Assembly: GCF_035594765.1 (NCBI RefSeq)
Contig: NC_085845.1
Location: forward strand, 171,694,897 to 171,758,896
From: Anolis carolinensis
Taxonomy: Eukaryota
Direction of reading: 5' to 3'
Length of the DNA: 64,000 bases
Shown: in pieces, positions 25,470 to 36,955 of the stretch
Layout: every line of letters starts with the position of its first letter
How positions within the stretch are numbered: position 1 is the first letter of the stretch
Notes under the pieces: model-generated
Told to the model about the DNA's origin: nothing
The model's input: the letters and a program-made list of their open reading frames with translations, nothing else
Databases searched by the model: none
Made by a program: the position numbers and the translations under genes

Positions 25470-26329
25470 CTATTCTGGAACTTTAACCTTTTTATTCTTG
25501 GCTTTGCGGACCTCTTCAATCAGATCTTTCAAATACTGAATTTCTTTGCTCAAGGAATCTGCCTTCTCCCTCAGGACTTCATTTTTCTGCTCTAATTCTC
25601 TACACTCTCCTGATAATGCCTTTTGCTCTAGCCTTTTCTTCTGCCGATACCGTGTAGCTGCAGTCTTATTTTGCTCCATCTTCTTCAGCTTTTTGTCTAC
25701 CCTTTTTTCTCCCTTCATTTTCAATGCTACCTTTTCTTCAGGGTGATCATAAGGTGTGGGGCGCACGGAAACAATATGCACAGCCGCAACAGACTTTTCA
25801 TCACTGAGGGAACTAACTGAAGTGGTGGGACTTTGCTGGGGTGAACAAAAGTAAGAATCTGGGCTCATGCATATTCCACTATCATTATCAGAATGTGCTT
25901 CTTCCTCCTTCTCACACTTTGGAATGACATTTAGTGGAATTACCACTATGATATGGGCTTCTGTTTTCCCATCTCCTTCAAGAACATCTATCTCACTGCC
26001 TAGTTCTAAGCTGAAAGGGTTGTCTGCAGTGGCGACATGTGGCTCTGGGGAGAGGGCTAATGTCAGCAAGGGGCTCAGGGAGGCCGTCTGATCTGAGCTG
26101 GTGGGGGGTTTTGGGGACTCAATAATTTGCTCTGGTGTCAGTGTAGTTTCTTCACTGGGAATTTCTTGAATGGAAGGCTCAAGTAGATCACACGTGTTTT
26201 CCAACGTGGCCATGAGCTCATCTGGTGAGACGGTGGATTCCAGATCATCAATACCTAACAGCACATCGAAGTCAAACTCCTTCAGATCCATGTTTTCCAC
26301 CATCCAATCCATGCCAGAGAAGGCATCCT
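25470..26329 (-). CDS. ATF4: ATF4 last coding exon (bZIP, DSGICMS betaTrCP degron)
   Basis: EDAFSGMDWM...SDNDSGICMSP...KKLKKMEQNKTAATRYRQKKR...KEIQYLKDLIEEVRKA. Acceptor ccttgacag|AG. Confidence 0.98.
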
Positions 26330-26555
26330 CTGTCAAGGGAAAGAAAAAATCCTTTGAGAAAACTAAACGTTTCATAAAAATAAATTCTTTTCCTTAATAC
26401 ACAATCAGAACATATCCAGTTGCCATTATATTAGCAAAGTTTTTAAAGTAAGAACTGCTTATTTTCAAGACTGCTCACTTTCACAGAATGAGTAGACCAA
26501 CACTCCCTCCCTCGCCCCTTGCATTTCCAGAATCCTTTTATCCCTCTGGTCTTAC

Positions 26556-26772
26556 CCTGGCTGTTGTCTGTGGCATTATTCAAACTGTCCACAGCCAGCC
26601 AATTGGAGGCGCCCACTTTAGCCTTGTCGCTGGAGAACCCATGCGAACTGAGCTTCTTGGCCACCTCCAGATAGTCATCTAAGAGTCCTAGACTTTCTTC
26701 AGCCCCCAAACACGGCTGGTTGAAGGGGGAGAGAAAATCCCCCCACAACATCTCTGTGTTTGAGAAGCTCAT
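26556..26772 (-). CDS. ATF4: ATF4 first coding exon portion (total CDS 1077 nt, 358 aa)
   Basis: MSFSNTEMLWGDFLSPFNQPCLGAEESLGLLDDYLEVAK...; donor CAG G|gtaag; phase 1 joins the last exon in frame. Confidence 0.95.
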
Positions 26773-28755
26773 CTTGGCCAAGTTTTAGTACTTTGTCGTC
26801 GAAAAGGGTGGACAAATCGGTGGTATTTTTGTCGAAAACAGCAAAGCTGCTGTGCAATGCTTTGAAAAACCTGGAAAGCAAAGAAAATGGCATTACCAAG
26901 GTGACACAATTTTGTAAGGACCTTGAATTTACCCCTACAGTAGGATAAGACATTCTATACATGATGCTTGCCGGAGTTTTTTCTGAGGCGCCATCTGGAA
27001 TCCAGACTTGAAATTCTTCTGAATACCAACCCACAACCACAAAATGGCGCCAACTAGAGGCTATCAAATGTTCCCACTTCTGCCTACCCGCCTTTCTTTC
27101 CTCATGACCATATATGGTCCGAGGCACAGCAGACGCTCCACCCGCCACTCCCTTCGCTTGATTCATGCCTTCATTTGCTACAACAGCTGCAGCCATTTCG
27201 TGCTCTACGTGTCTGTGTCCCCACCCAACACCTAGGCCGCCATTTTGTATCCTGCCACGTTTTTTATTTCAGCTGGTCCAACTAGTTTTCATCTTTTACT
27301 ATCTGTTTAATCCACACTAAGCAGAAGCACCTTAAAAATTCCAGGAACTTTACATGGACTTTCAGAGATTAAAAGTGGAGAAATGCTCATATACAAGGAT
27401 GTCCACCAAGGTGAAAAATCCATCTATAAATTTAGTGTTTTTCTAGACAACTCAAAAACACTCTAAAATGAACCAGGATAGACCTGAAAGGAATCTCTTT
27501 GTTCACATCAAGAGTTCTTGGCTTTCTAAGGGATTAATTTTCTGTGTACTTTGAACATTTACATAAGCCTCATGAATACCACATAAAATATAATTCGTTT
27601 TTGGCAAATAATAACACATCTGTTACTATGTGTTGTTGAAGGCTTTCATGGCTGGAATCACTGGGTTGCTGTAAGTTTTCCAGGCTGTATGGCCATGTTC
27701 CAGAAGCATTCTCTTCTGACGTTTCACCTGCATCTATGGCAGGCACCCTCAGAAGTTGTGAGGTCTGATAACTAGACAAGAGGTTTATATATCTGTGGAA
27801 AGTCATAGGTGGAAGAAAGAACTCTATTTGTTTGAGTCAAGTGTTAATCAAGGTGGCCAATTGCTACATTCACACTTGCCTAAAACAGACCTACCACCCT
27901 CGACTTTCCACAGATAAACTCCTCTTGCCTAGTTTTCAACAGACTCACAACATCTGAGGATGCTTCTGGAACATGGCCACACAGCCTGGAAGACTCACAG
28001 CAACCCACGTCTTTTGCAATTTATGTCTGACAGCAATTTTTTTTAAAAAAAAGAACCTTACATTTTTCGATCACTGACGGATCAATACTTATGCTCTCCA
28101 GGAATTTTCTTCAGTGTGAAAGGAAATAACTTTGTCCACTAATTAGCCTAATTGAGCAACCACGGGGAATTTACATTCCCTGTGAGCCTATTATAAAGGC
28201 AAACACTAATTCCCAGAAGATTATCTCATTGTCGAAGGCTTTCATGGCTGGAATCACTAGGTTGCTGTGAGTTTTCCGGGCTGTATGGCCATGTTCCAGA
28301 AGCATTCTCTCCAGACGTTTCGCCCACATCTATGGCAGGCATCCTCAGAGGTTGCCCGACATAGATGTGGGCGAAACGTCAGGAGAATGCTTCAAAAAAT
28401 GGCCATAGAGCCCGGAAAACTAACAGCAACCCGATTATCTCATTGGGGTTTTTCCCCTTGTAGATCTGGGTAAAAGGCACCCAGTTCTTCCCGCAAGAAA
28501 TGGGTCCCTCGAGCCAAACGCCTCTCAAGAAGTGAACCAGAGCCCACAAAAGGCTCGCCGTGAATAGACTAATAAACAAGTCCCTGTCAAGGTCTATGAC
28601 ACCATCTACCCGCTTGCCTCTCCCGCTGGGGCCATCTACGCTGTCCCATTAATGCCATGGCAGTTAAAGCGGGATTAAACTGCATTAATGTGACCGTGTA
28701 GATGACTCCTCTAATCTTTTTTCTCTCTGTTGCTCCTTGGCCATACTCACGCCAT
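26699..28755 (-). CDS. ATF4 uORF2 (spliced: 28755-28751 + 26870-26699; 58 aa; overlaps the main ORF out of frame by 74 nt)
   Basis: cagccATGGC|gtgagt ... tttccag|G TTT TTC gives MAFFKALHSSFAVFDKNTTDLSTLFDDKVLKLGQDELLKHRDVVGGFSLPLQPAVFGG*, homologous to mammalian uORF2 (ends ..GFGG*). Confidence 0.9.
27628..28005. mobile_element. Penelope inverted pLTR pair in ATF4 intron 1
   Basis: pLTR on minus at 27628-27845 and on plus at 27846-28005. Confidence 0.85.
28229..28432. mobile_element. Penelope pLTR fold-back fragment in ATF4 intron 1
   Basis: Arms gttgctgtgagttttccgggc...acgtttcgcccacatctatg / catagatgtgggcgaaacgtc...gcccggaaaactaacagcaac. Confidence 0.85.
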
Positions 28756-28840
28756 GGCTGGAGGTGCCTGGAGGTGCCGAGGCCGCGGCCGGTTCTGCTG
28801 CGCCTCTGCAATGGCCGTTCTGCCGCTCGCGCTGCCGCCC

Positions 28841-28852
28841 CTACGGTGCCAT
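28841..28852 (-). CDS. ATF4 uORF1 (M-A-P-stop)
   Basis: gccgccATGGCACCGTAG in perfect Kozak context, 85 nt upstream of the uORF2 ATG. Same 3-codon design as mammalian uORF1. Confidence 0.9.
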   Translation of the reverse strand: MAP

Positions 28853-28949
28853 GGCGGCGCCTGAGGAAGCTCAAACAGCTCTGCGCCTCGTCGGTCTGAG
28901 CCGAGCCCGCGCCAATCACACAGAACCCCCTCCTCCTTAGATTTCAGCC

Positions 28950-29450
28950 GACAATGAGGACAATGGCGTCTTCGGCTTCTCCTTATATAGCGTAACGAGA
29001 TCCGGCCGGCTCGGCTCTTCTTCTGAAACAAGACGCGCCTTGTACAGAATCCTTCCGCCAACCGTCCCTCGATTTAAGACAGCTTCATTCGAGGTGAAAC
29101 GAGCTTTGGCGCCCCCATCAGTACAGCACTCTCGAGTTAAAAGAATCCTTCGTTGGAAGCCACGCGTCCCTAGGCGAAAACTACACTCCGCGCAAGGATC
29201 ACGAGAACTATACTGCGCTCTGTGACTTAATACCGGTAATTCGTGTCAGACCACGTGACGCCTCAAGGGATGGGCCGCTTTCTATTGGCTTCCCAAAATC
29301 TGGCTGAGGAGCTGGGTTCCCGCACTCGAGATGAGCACGTGAACAGGCGGGATCCGATTGGGTAAGCGTGCCCTGTCCGCGTGGACTGCCCCCTGCCATT
29401 GGCTGAGCGGGTAAGCGCGTCAATCGTTAGCCGTTGACGAAGAACGGTGG
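28950..29450 (-). promoter_or_regulatory. ATF4: ATF4 promoter, CpG island
   Basis: TATA-like CTATATAAGG (minus, 28981-28990). E-boxes CACGTG at 29252 (GTCACGTG CLEAR/USF type) and 29336. CCAAT boxes (minus) at 29284, 29357 and 29398. High CpG density. Confidence 0.8.
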
Positions 29451-30190
29451 TGGGGGGGGGGGGGGCAGGGTGTTCTTTTGTGTGAGGCGCTCATTCTCAT
29501 TAAGAAGCCAGTGGAAATTGGGACTAAGGCTATATCTACACAGTTGAATAAAATTCCACATTATCTGCTTTGAACTGGAATATTTGGCAGTGTGGACTCA
29601 CATAGCCCAACTCAAAGCAGATATTGTGGGACTTTCTGCCTTTCTGGGTTGTGTGGAAGGGCCCTAAAAGGGCTTCTGAAGGGTTTTTTCCCACCCTTTA
29701 AAAAAGGCCTAGCTGCCTTGCTTTGGTTATGTCTTTATCAAGCGCTTTCTTGTTCAGAGGAAATTCCAAAGGAATGAGTACCAACTAGATCAGGCAGGTG
29801 CACACTTGGGCCCTCCCTCCAGGTGTTTTGGACTCCCAACTCCCACAATTCCTTACAACCTCAGGCCCCTTCCTTTCCCCCCTCAGCCCTTTAAGATTAA
29901 AGGTTTTTTATCTCCAGAGGAGGAGACTCCACGGGAGGGGGAGGAATGGGCCTGAGGCTGTTAGGAATTGTGGTAGTTGGAGTCCAAAACACCTGAAGGG
30001 AAGGAAACGTTTCTTGCCTTGAAAGAGTTGGGGTTCAAAGTAAAACTTCAATCTCTGAGGCCTGCTTCTGTTGACATCTGCCAAAGCCATTGGCTGCCCT
30101 CAGCTGCTTCCACAGAGCCAATGCATTCAGCTGGAAATAATTATTGCATAACATACAGCGGAAGATGCTACTTCAGAGTCCGGAGCCCCC

Positions 30191-30512
30191 TGGAGCCCCC
30201 AGTGGCGCAATGGGTTAAACCACTGAGCTGCTGAAGTTGCTGGCCGAAAGGTCGACAGTTCGAATCCGGGGAGCGGGGTGAGCTCCCGCTGTTAGCACTA
30301 GCTTCTGCCAACCTAGCAGTTTGAAAACATGCAATTGTGAGTAGATAAATAGGAACTGCTCTGGCGGGAAGGTAACGGCGCTCCATGCAGTCTAACTGGC
30401 CATATTACCAAAGATAACTTCCGCTCTTCTGCTTAGAAATGGAGAAGAGCACCAACCCCCAGCGTCAGACACAACTAGACTTAACATCAGGGTGAACCTT
30501 TACCTTTTACCT
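30191..30512 (+). mobile_element. Sauria SINE
   Basis: ggagcccccagtggcgcaatgggttaaacc head, core and acctttaccttttacct tail. Confidence 0.9.
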
Positions 30513-30529
30513 ATATACCTCATATACAT

Positions 30530-31112
30530 GGGGCTGTGCTGGCACAACGGATTAAACTGCTGAACTTGCTGACCAGAAGGTTGGAGGTTTGAATCCGCAA
30601 GGTGGGAGTGAGCTCCTGCTGTTAGCCCCAACTTCTGACAACCTAGCATGCAAATGTGAGTAGATCAGTAGGTACCTCCTTGGCGGGAAGGTAAACTGCA
30701 TTCTATGCAGTCATGCCAGCCACATTACCCAGGAGGTGTCTACAGACAACACAAGCTGTTTGGCTTAGAAATTGAGCTATTTTTTTTGTGTCAGGAGTGA
30801 CGTGAGAAACTGCATATCTTTTCTGGTGTGAAAGAATTGGCCCTTACCAAGGGAATGCCTGGATGTTTGGATGTTTTTACCATCCTTGTTGGAGGCTACT
30901 CTCATGTCCATGCATGGAGCTGGAGCTGATAGAGGGAGCTCATCTGCGCTCTCCCAGAGTTAGATTCGAACCAGCAACTTTCAGATCAGCAACCCAACCT
31001 TAAAGTCGGCAGTCCTGCTGGCACAAGGGTTTAATCCACTGCGCCACTGAGGGCTCCTAAAAATGGAGATGAGCACCACCCCTCAGAGCTGGAAGGAGAA
31101 GCCTTTACCTTT
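30530..31112 (+). mobile_element. Sauria SINE interrupted by an antisense Anolis SINE2-like element (about 30780-31057)
   Basis: The SINE core breaks at ggcttagaaa and resumes aaatggagatgagcacc. The insert has a T-tract then gtgtcaggag..gagaaactgca and a tRNA-like head on minus. Confidence 0.7.
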
Positions 31113-31407
31113 ATCTGTGTTTCATTGTTTCTAGGCATTGATGTTTACCTTTGTGTATGTGTATGCTGGAATTAGCCCTGAGTTCCCTTGGGGAGATAGG
31201 GCGGAATACAAATAAAGTATTATTATATTATAGCCTGAAGGTAATGTTATCGTACAATTTTAATGATTTTGTGATTGAAATTATCAGAAAGCAAAGATGT
31301 TACTTATCTCAGCTAAACATGTGGATACTTGTAAGTCAGGCATGGGCAACCTTTGGCCCTCCAGATGTTTTGGACTTCAACTCCCACAATTCCTAACAGC
31401 CTATCAG

Positions 31408-32190
31408 TAGGGGCGGTTCACCCTCAAGGCAATCTAGGCACTTGCCTGGAGGGCCATCTTTGGGGGGGGGGGTGCACATGAGGCGCCTCTTGAGGTGTCT
31501 CCAAGTGCCCCAAAGTCAATTTTTGTTGGCGCGTGCCACCGCTTCTGGTGGGAGGCTATAGAGGCCACCCCCGCCTCCTTCTCCTTTGGGCCGACATGGG
31601 CCTTCCACCCAGCGCTCCGCCCCGTGCTGGGCCTTCCAGCCAGTGCTAGGTGGAGCACTGGGCGGAAGGTCCAGCGCCGGCTGGAAGGCCCAGCACTGGG
31701 CGGAGCGCTGGGCAGAAGGCTCACACCCGCCGAAAGGAGGAGGGCCTTTCGCCCCGCGCTCCACCATCCGCCCCGCACTCTGCCTCCCGGTGCCCGCGCT
31801 GGGGCTCCCTGTTTTCAGAGTGTTGTTCTTTATTTATTGTCCTGATTTTAGAGGGTTTTTTTAATACCAGGGGCTGTCTGGGTTATCTAAGTCCACACTG
31901 CCCTATATCCCTGTTCAATGTTTGGTGCTAAATTCTCAAATATAGTAATTCCTACATTATATTACCATGTATTGAACTGCTTTTTCTGTTGATTTGTTGT
32001 AAAACATGGTGTTTTGGCGCTTAATTTGTAAAATCTTAATGTAATTTGATGTTTAATAGGCTTTTCCTTAATCTCCCTCCTTATTATCCAACATTTTTGC
32101 TTATCCAACGCTTTTATTTTTCAGTTATTGGTTGGAGGGGGGGGGGAATTCTCTTCGCCTGTACTTGAAAAATACCGAGGGCCAGCCCTG
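31408..32190. mobile_element. Composite hAT non-autonomous element nested in a hAT MITE
   Basis: Perfect 8-bp TSD CCTATCAG at 31400-31407 and 32191-32198. GC-rich internal repeats plus captured Penelope, Harbinger and Tc1-MITE pieces. Confidence 0.8.
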
Positions 32191-33000
32191 CCTATCAGTT
32201 GTTAGGAATTGTGGGAACTGAAGTCCAAAACACCTGGAGGGCCAAAGGTTGCCTATGCCTGCTTTAAGTAGAAGCAAATGACTGGCAGCTCCTATATAGT
32301 TTGCAGAGGAAAAAGACTAGAATTGAAGTTGGCTCTCAGAGGAGAGAGCCATAACATTTGTACACTGGTAGCTGCCAAGTGCTGAGGGCAGGCTTTTGTA
32401 TGGGAGCAAGACAAAACAGGATTCCTCTGGAAATCTGCTGCTAATGATGGAGTTTGGGATAGAGAGCATTCCTCTGTGTGGTAATTGAAGCATGAGATAG
32501 GGCTGTTTCACAATCTCAGTTCTCCATTGTGCTTCGTGCAGAATACAAGGCATCTTCTTTGAACTGGGTTATCTGAGTCCACATTGCCATAAAATCCAGT
32601 TCACTGTGTATTTTATACAACTGTGTGGAAGGGGCCTGAATCTAGTTCTTCTCATGGCACTGTCCAAAGAGAGAGAAAGAGTTTGGAAATGTGTTTTTGG
32701 GCCCCATCCAAATTACATTTTTACAGAAAATATTTATTTGTACCCTCTGGGACAGTGTTTCACATCCTATCCAATGTGGAAGATTTGCAATTTTTCTCTT
32801 CCAATGTATCAAGACCTTCACTCATGAACGAAAAGCCTCCAAGTCACCTTGTCATGAAAAGCTTAACTTTGGTCTTGCAAACTCAGTGCTGTGGCTTCCT
32901 TAATTGAATTTATCAGCCTGTATGTTGCTTTTTCCTACTGTTGAAAAGATTTATGTAATTGTCTGAATACCACATGTGTACCCTTAACCCAGAAAGGGCA

Positions 33001-33005
<5 letters not shown>

Positions 33006-33043
<38 letters not shown>
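33006..33043. repeat. (GA)n microsatellite
   Basis: Direct inspection. Confidence 0.95.
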
Positions 33044-33046
<3 letters not shown>

Positions 33047-33338
33047 AGGTAAGTGCTATAGAAATTACTTGGGATTTTTATTTAGGTGCATAAGTGATAA
33101 TAATGTCCCAGTCCCACCCAATGCAGTGACCAACAAAGAACAAGAGAGGTGAGAGGGAAACAATTCCTACCTTACCTTATTTGCATGCTTTGCCACTACA
33201 TCAAAGTCGAAAAACTCAGACAAAGGAAGGAACGTTGCAAGTTCGGAATGCCCTTCCCATATTCTCCTTCCAAACACTGATAGAAGGTGGAAGCAGACCG
33301 CTCTCACTGTTTTATCAAATCTCCTTATAGCAGCAAAA

Positions 33339-33678
33339 AGGTAAAGGTAAAGGTTTCCCCTGACGTTAAGTCCAGTTGTGACCGACTCTGGGGGTTGGTG
33401 CTCATCTCCATTTCTAAGCCGAAGAGCCGGTGTTGTCCATAGACATCTCCAGGTCATGTGGCTGGCATGACTGCATGGAGCACCGTTACTTTCCAGCTGG
33501 AGTATTGATCTATTAGACCTATTGATCTACTCACATTTGCATGTTTTCAAACTGCTAGGTTGGCAGGAGCTGGGGCTAACAGCAGGCGCTCATTCCACTC
33601 CCGGGATTTGAACCTGGGACCTTTCAGTCCGCAAGTTCAGCAGCTCAGCGCTTTAACACACTTCGCCACCGGGGCTCT
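33339..33678 (-). mobile_element. Sauria SINE (full length)
   Basis: Reverse complement of the tail (aggtaaaggtaaaggtttcccc) through to the head (cttcgccaccggggctc). Confidence 0.9.
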
Positions 33679-35050
33679 TCCTTATAGCAGCAGCTGCTGC
33701 TATTTTAGCTCAGATGAAAGTGGATCTGTTATTATTACTACTACTGTACTAAGAAGTATTTATTTGTTAAGCACAATTAAGAACATGATTAACATTGCTC
33801 CCTTTAATCCATCCCCCTCATGACAATGCCTCTGGGAAGGTTTGAGGATGTATTTTCCACCATGATGAAATGTCATTTAGTATTTATCTGTTCTGCTGGG
33901 AAATCAACATGAAACCTTTTGTTGTTTTGGCTGCAAATACACATGAATTGGCAGTCATCTGTAAGAACAATAGAGAAAAAGGGGGGGGGGGACAATCGTT
34001 TGTTTTTTGTTTTTAAGATTCCACTACGTAATGACCTTTGACTGATTTGTGTGTTCAAGAAAGATGCAAGAATTGATGTTGCTCTTTATTACAAAATAAA
34101 GCAAATTTGTTTTTATAATTTAGTTTTACATGTATTTTTTTACTTTTACCATTTCACTTTTTCTTTTGTTGCTGGCAAACTAGAGATCTTGCTTTCCATT
34201 CAGGTTTCCCCTTCTTCCAGCCACATGTACATTGCCCAATCAGTTTTTACAGTCTTTCTGGTACCTTGTTCCTTATTTAGTATGTTCTGCCATATCTTGC
34301 CACCACAATAAGCTCACAATGTGACTAGAGTTGACCTGTTTCATTGAGAAATAGGCTAGCTCATAAACCCCAAAGTTACACAGAATAAAAGTGGGCACAT
34401 TTTAGGTTTGCAGACTCTACTTTGCTTTTATACTATCACTAAGCCTAGATGCAAAACATCTATGCTAAAAATTTAGGAACAAGACCCTCTAGCAACATTA
34501 TTTACAACAATCTGTAATCAGAACTAGAAAGAAAGGTACAAATTCTGTCACAGTGAACCAGCAACCTAATGCAGTGAAGAAAAGCTTTTAGTTATGACTT
34601 TTCAAAAATCACTCTGTGTGCTTTCAAGTTGCCTGTTGACATATAGTAACCCAAAGGGTTTTACTGGGTTTTATCAGGCAAAAAATACTGAGGTTATTTT
34701 GCCAGCTCCTTCCTCTGAAATAAAGCCTACAGAACATTGTATTCATTGGTGGTGGTGGTGGTGGTGCTGCTGTTTAAACAAATTTGCTTGGCAGTGATGG
34801 TACAGGGGCCTCCTATCCAGGACCAAACAGGATCTGTTACCTTTGAGATATTAAGGCCCCTCTTATACTGAGTTGATTTTTATTCAATTATTTTTCCAAA
34901 TCAATTAGAATATCCACAATAAATGCTTTGCCACAATCAAAATATACAAATATTTTAAATAAAAGTTTAAAAGAATAGCAACATATCCCAATAAAAAACT
35001 TTCCTGCTTACATGCTAAAAAGCCTGTTTTAATAGCAACACATTCACCTC

Positions 35051-35338
35051 CAGGGCCGTAGCCAGAAAAAAATTTCGGGGGGGGGGGGTGGGTTTGAAAA
35101 TTTCAGGGTGGGGGTTGAACCCCTAGCACCCCCCACCACCGCTACAAACCTGTCAATATCTGCTTGAGATAGTGCCTGGAGGGACTCTTAATGTTTTGCG
35201 TCTCATAGATTTAGCATGGGGATTTGGTTAACCAGTTAAAATTCATGAGTAAACCAGGGTTTTTTTTATAACCTGAAACATTTCGGGGGGGGGGGGGGTT
35301 GAACCCCTAACCCCCCCCCCCCTCTCGCTACAGGCCTG
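35051..35338. mobile_element. hAT MITE with G/C homopolymer tracts
   Basis: Ends CAGGGCCGTAGC...GCTACAGGCCTG; perfect 8-bp TSD TTCACCTC at 35043-35050 and 35339-35346. Confidence 0.85.
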
Positions 35339-36955
35339 TTCACCTCCCATAGAAAAGAAGGCAGGGAGGGGACTACCCTAGCTGCCTCCTCTAGGCATTT
35401 CAGAGGAAGGGAGCAGCCACTGAGAAACCCTTGCTGACCTACTGCAAGCTACTCAGAAACCTTCTAGATGACAAGTTACCATCTATCCACCCTTTATCAG
35501 GAAGGGTAACTTGATTCCTCCATCCTACAAAAAAATCACTTCATTGCTATCTTTTACAACATCCCATCTTCTTTTTAACAAGAATATTGCTTCCAGAAAA
35601 CCTTATCCTGATTGCTTTGAGGTGCAACTACCCTGTAGAATTAATGCAGTTGGACACCACTTTTAACAGCCATGGTGCAATGCTATGGAACCGTAGGATT
35701 TGCTGCTCCACCATTCTTTGATAGAGAATGCAAAGACTTTTTAAAACTGCAACTCCCATTATTCTATACTATTGAACCTTGGCAGTTAAAGTGGTGTCAA
35801 ACAGCATTAATTCTAAGGGTAGATGCAGCCTTGGGATTGTAGCGAGGCAACAATTCACATTAATTCACTATCAAGTCACTTAACTCAGAGAAAGCCAAGG
35901 CCTGTAATACAATAGATGCAGCAATTGCAGCCAGTTATGATTACTTATTTTTATTTCATTAGCTTCTCAGTCAAAATCTCTTTAGGGATATTTAAATGAA
36001 GCCCCCTTCAAATAACTATGGTAGTTATCATTATTCAACTGCAATTTCATCACCTATTATATGCTGCAAGCTCATAATATTGTTTGTGCAATTATTTGAA
36101 GGCAGAGCCATGTTTTCTCCAAGGTGTACACTACACCTGCTTGCAGCTTTCTCATTTTGTGATACTAACTAATAGCTTAAATTATGGACACACAAATCCT
36201 AAAGACTTTCATGTTTCAAAACTCACAAGCTCATAAATCTTCAAATTCATTCTCTGGATTGTTTTAGCATGTCCTATGCTAACAAAAATAGATTGCTAGT
36301 TAGAAATATTAAACCAATATATAACACTTCTCAGTGGACAGGTGACCTGAAGGCACATACACATACTTTTCCTTTCCAGTAATTCCTGCTCAGATTCTGT
36401 TTCACTTGAACAAGATAAAATCTTAAATAGGGCAAAGGCAACTTCAGGAGAATATAGAAAAAGCAACTTCAGTGAAGGAGGAAAAGAACCACTTGATAGA
36501 CACATCAGAAGCATCTGTGCTTTTTTGTTGACAGACAAGCAGTTTTGTTCCCTTAAAAGGTCAAACCAGATTGTATTGAGTGATACCAGTTAACCAGTTA
36601 TTGTTATAATCTTGAAACGCTGCAGAACCCATTTGATTATATATCAAAGCATATACATAAAATGTATGCATTTGGACAATATTTTTTTCTGTTGTCATTT
36701 CTACAAATTCGGCCTGAATATGTGAAGACAGGTTTCATTAAGGTTCCACCATATGTGTTCAAAATTGATTTTGTTGGAGCCAGCCATTTAATCCAGCAGC
36801 AACAGGCTCAACTTTGAATACATATATATTTTATTTATTTATTTATTTTTCAAACTTATATGCCGCCACTCCCCTAGGGCTCGGAGCGGCTTACAAGAAC
36901 CGGCTAAAATCAACAATTTAAAAAACATTTTAAAAACATCATTTAAAAAAAATCT

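Noticed and set aside
26699-27196. 165-aa ORF in the track as an independent gene
   Set aside because: Its 3' part is ATF4 uORF2 and its 5' part is intron 1 read in frame.
30191-30290. tRNA-like A/B boxes
   Set aside because: These are SINE heads, not tRNA genes; no complete cloverleaf.
31434-31931. Several overlapping 80-116 aa ORFs in a GC-rich block
   Set aside because: They lie within a TSD-bounded hAT insert; stop-poor GC repeats explain the open frames.
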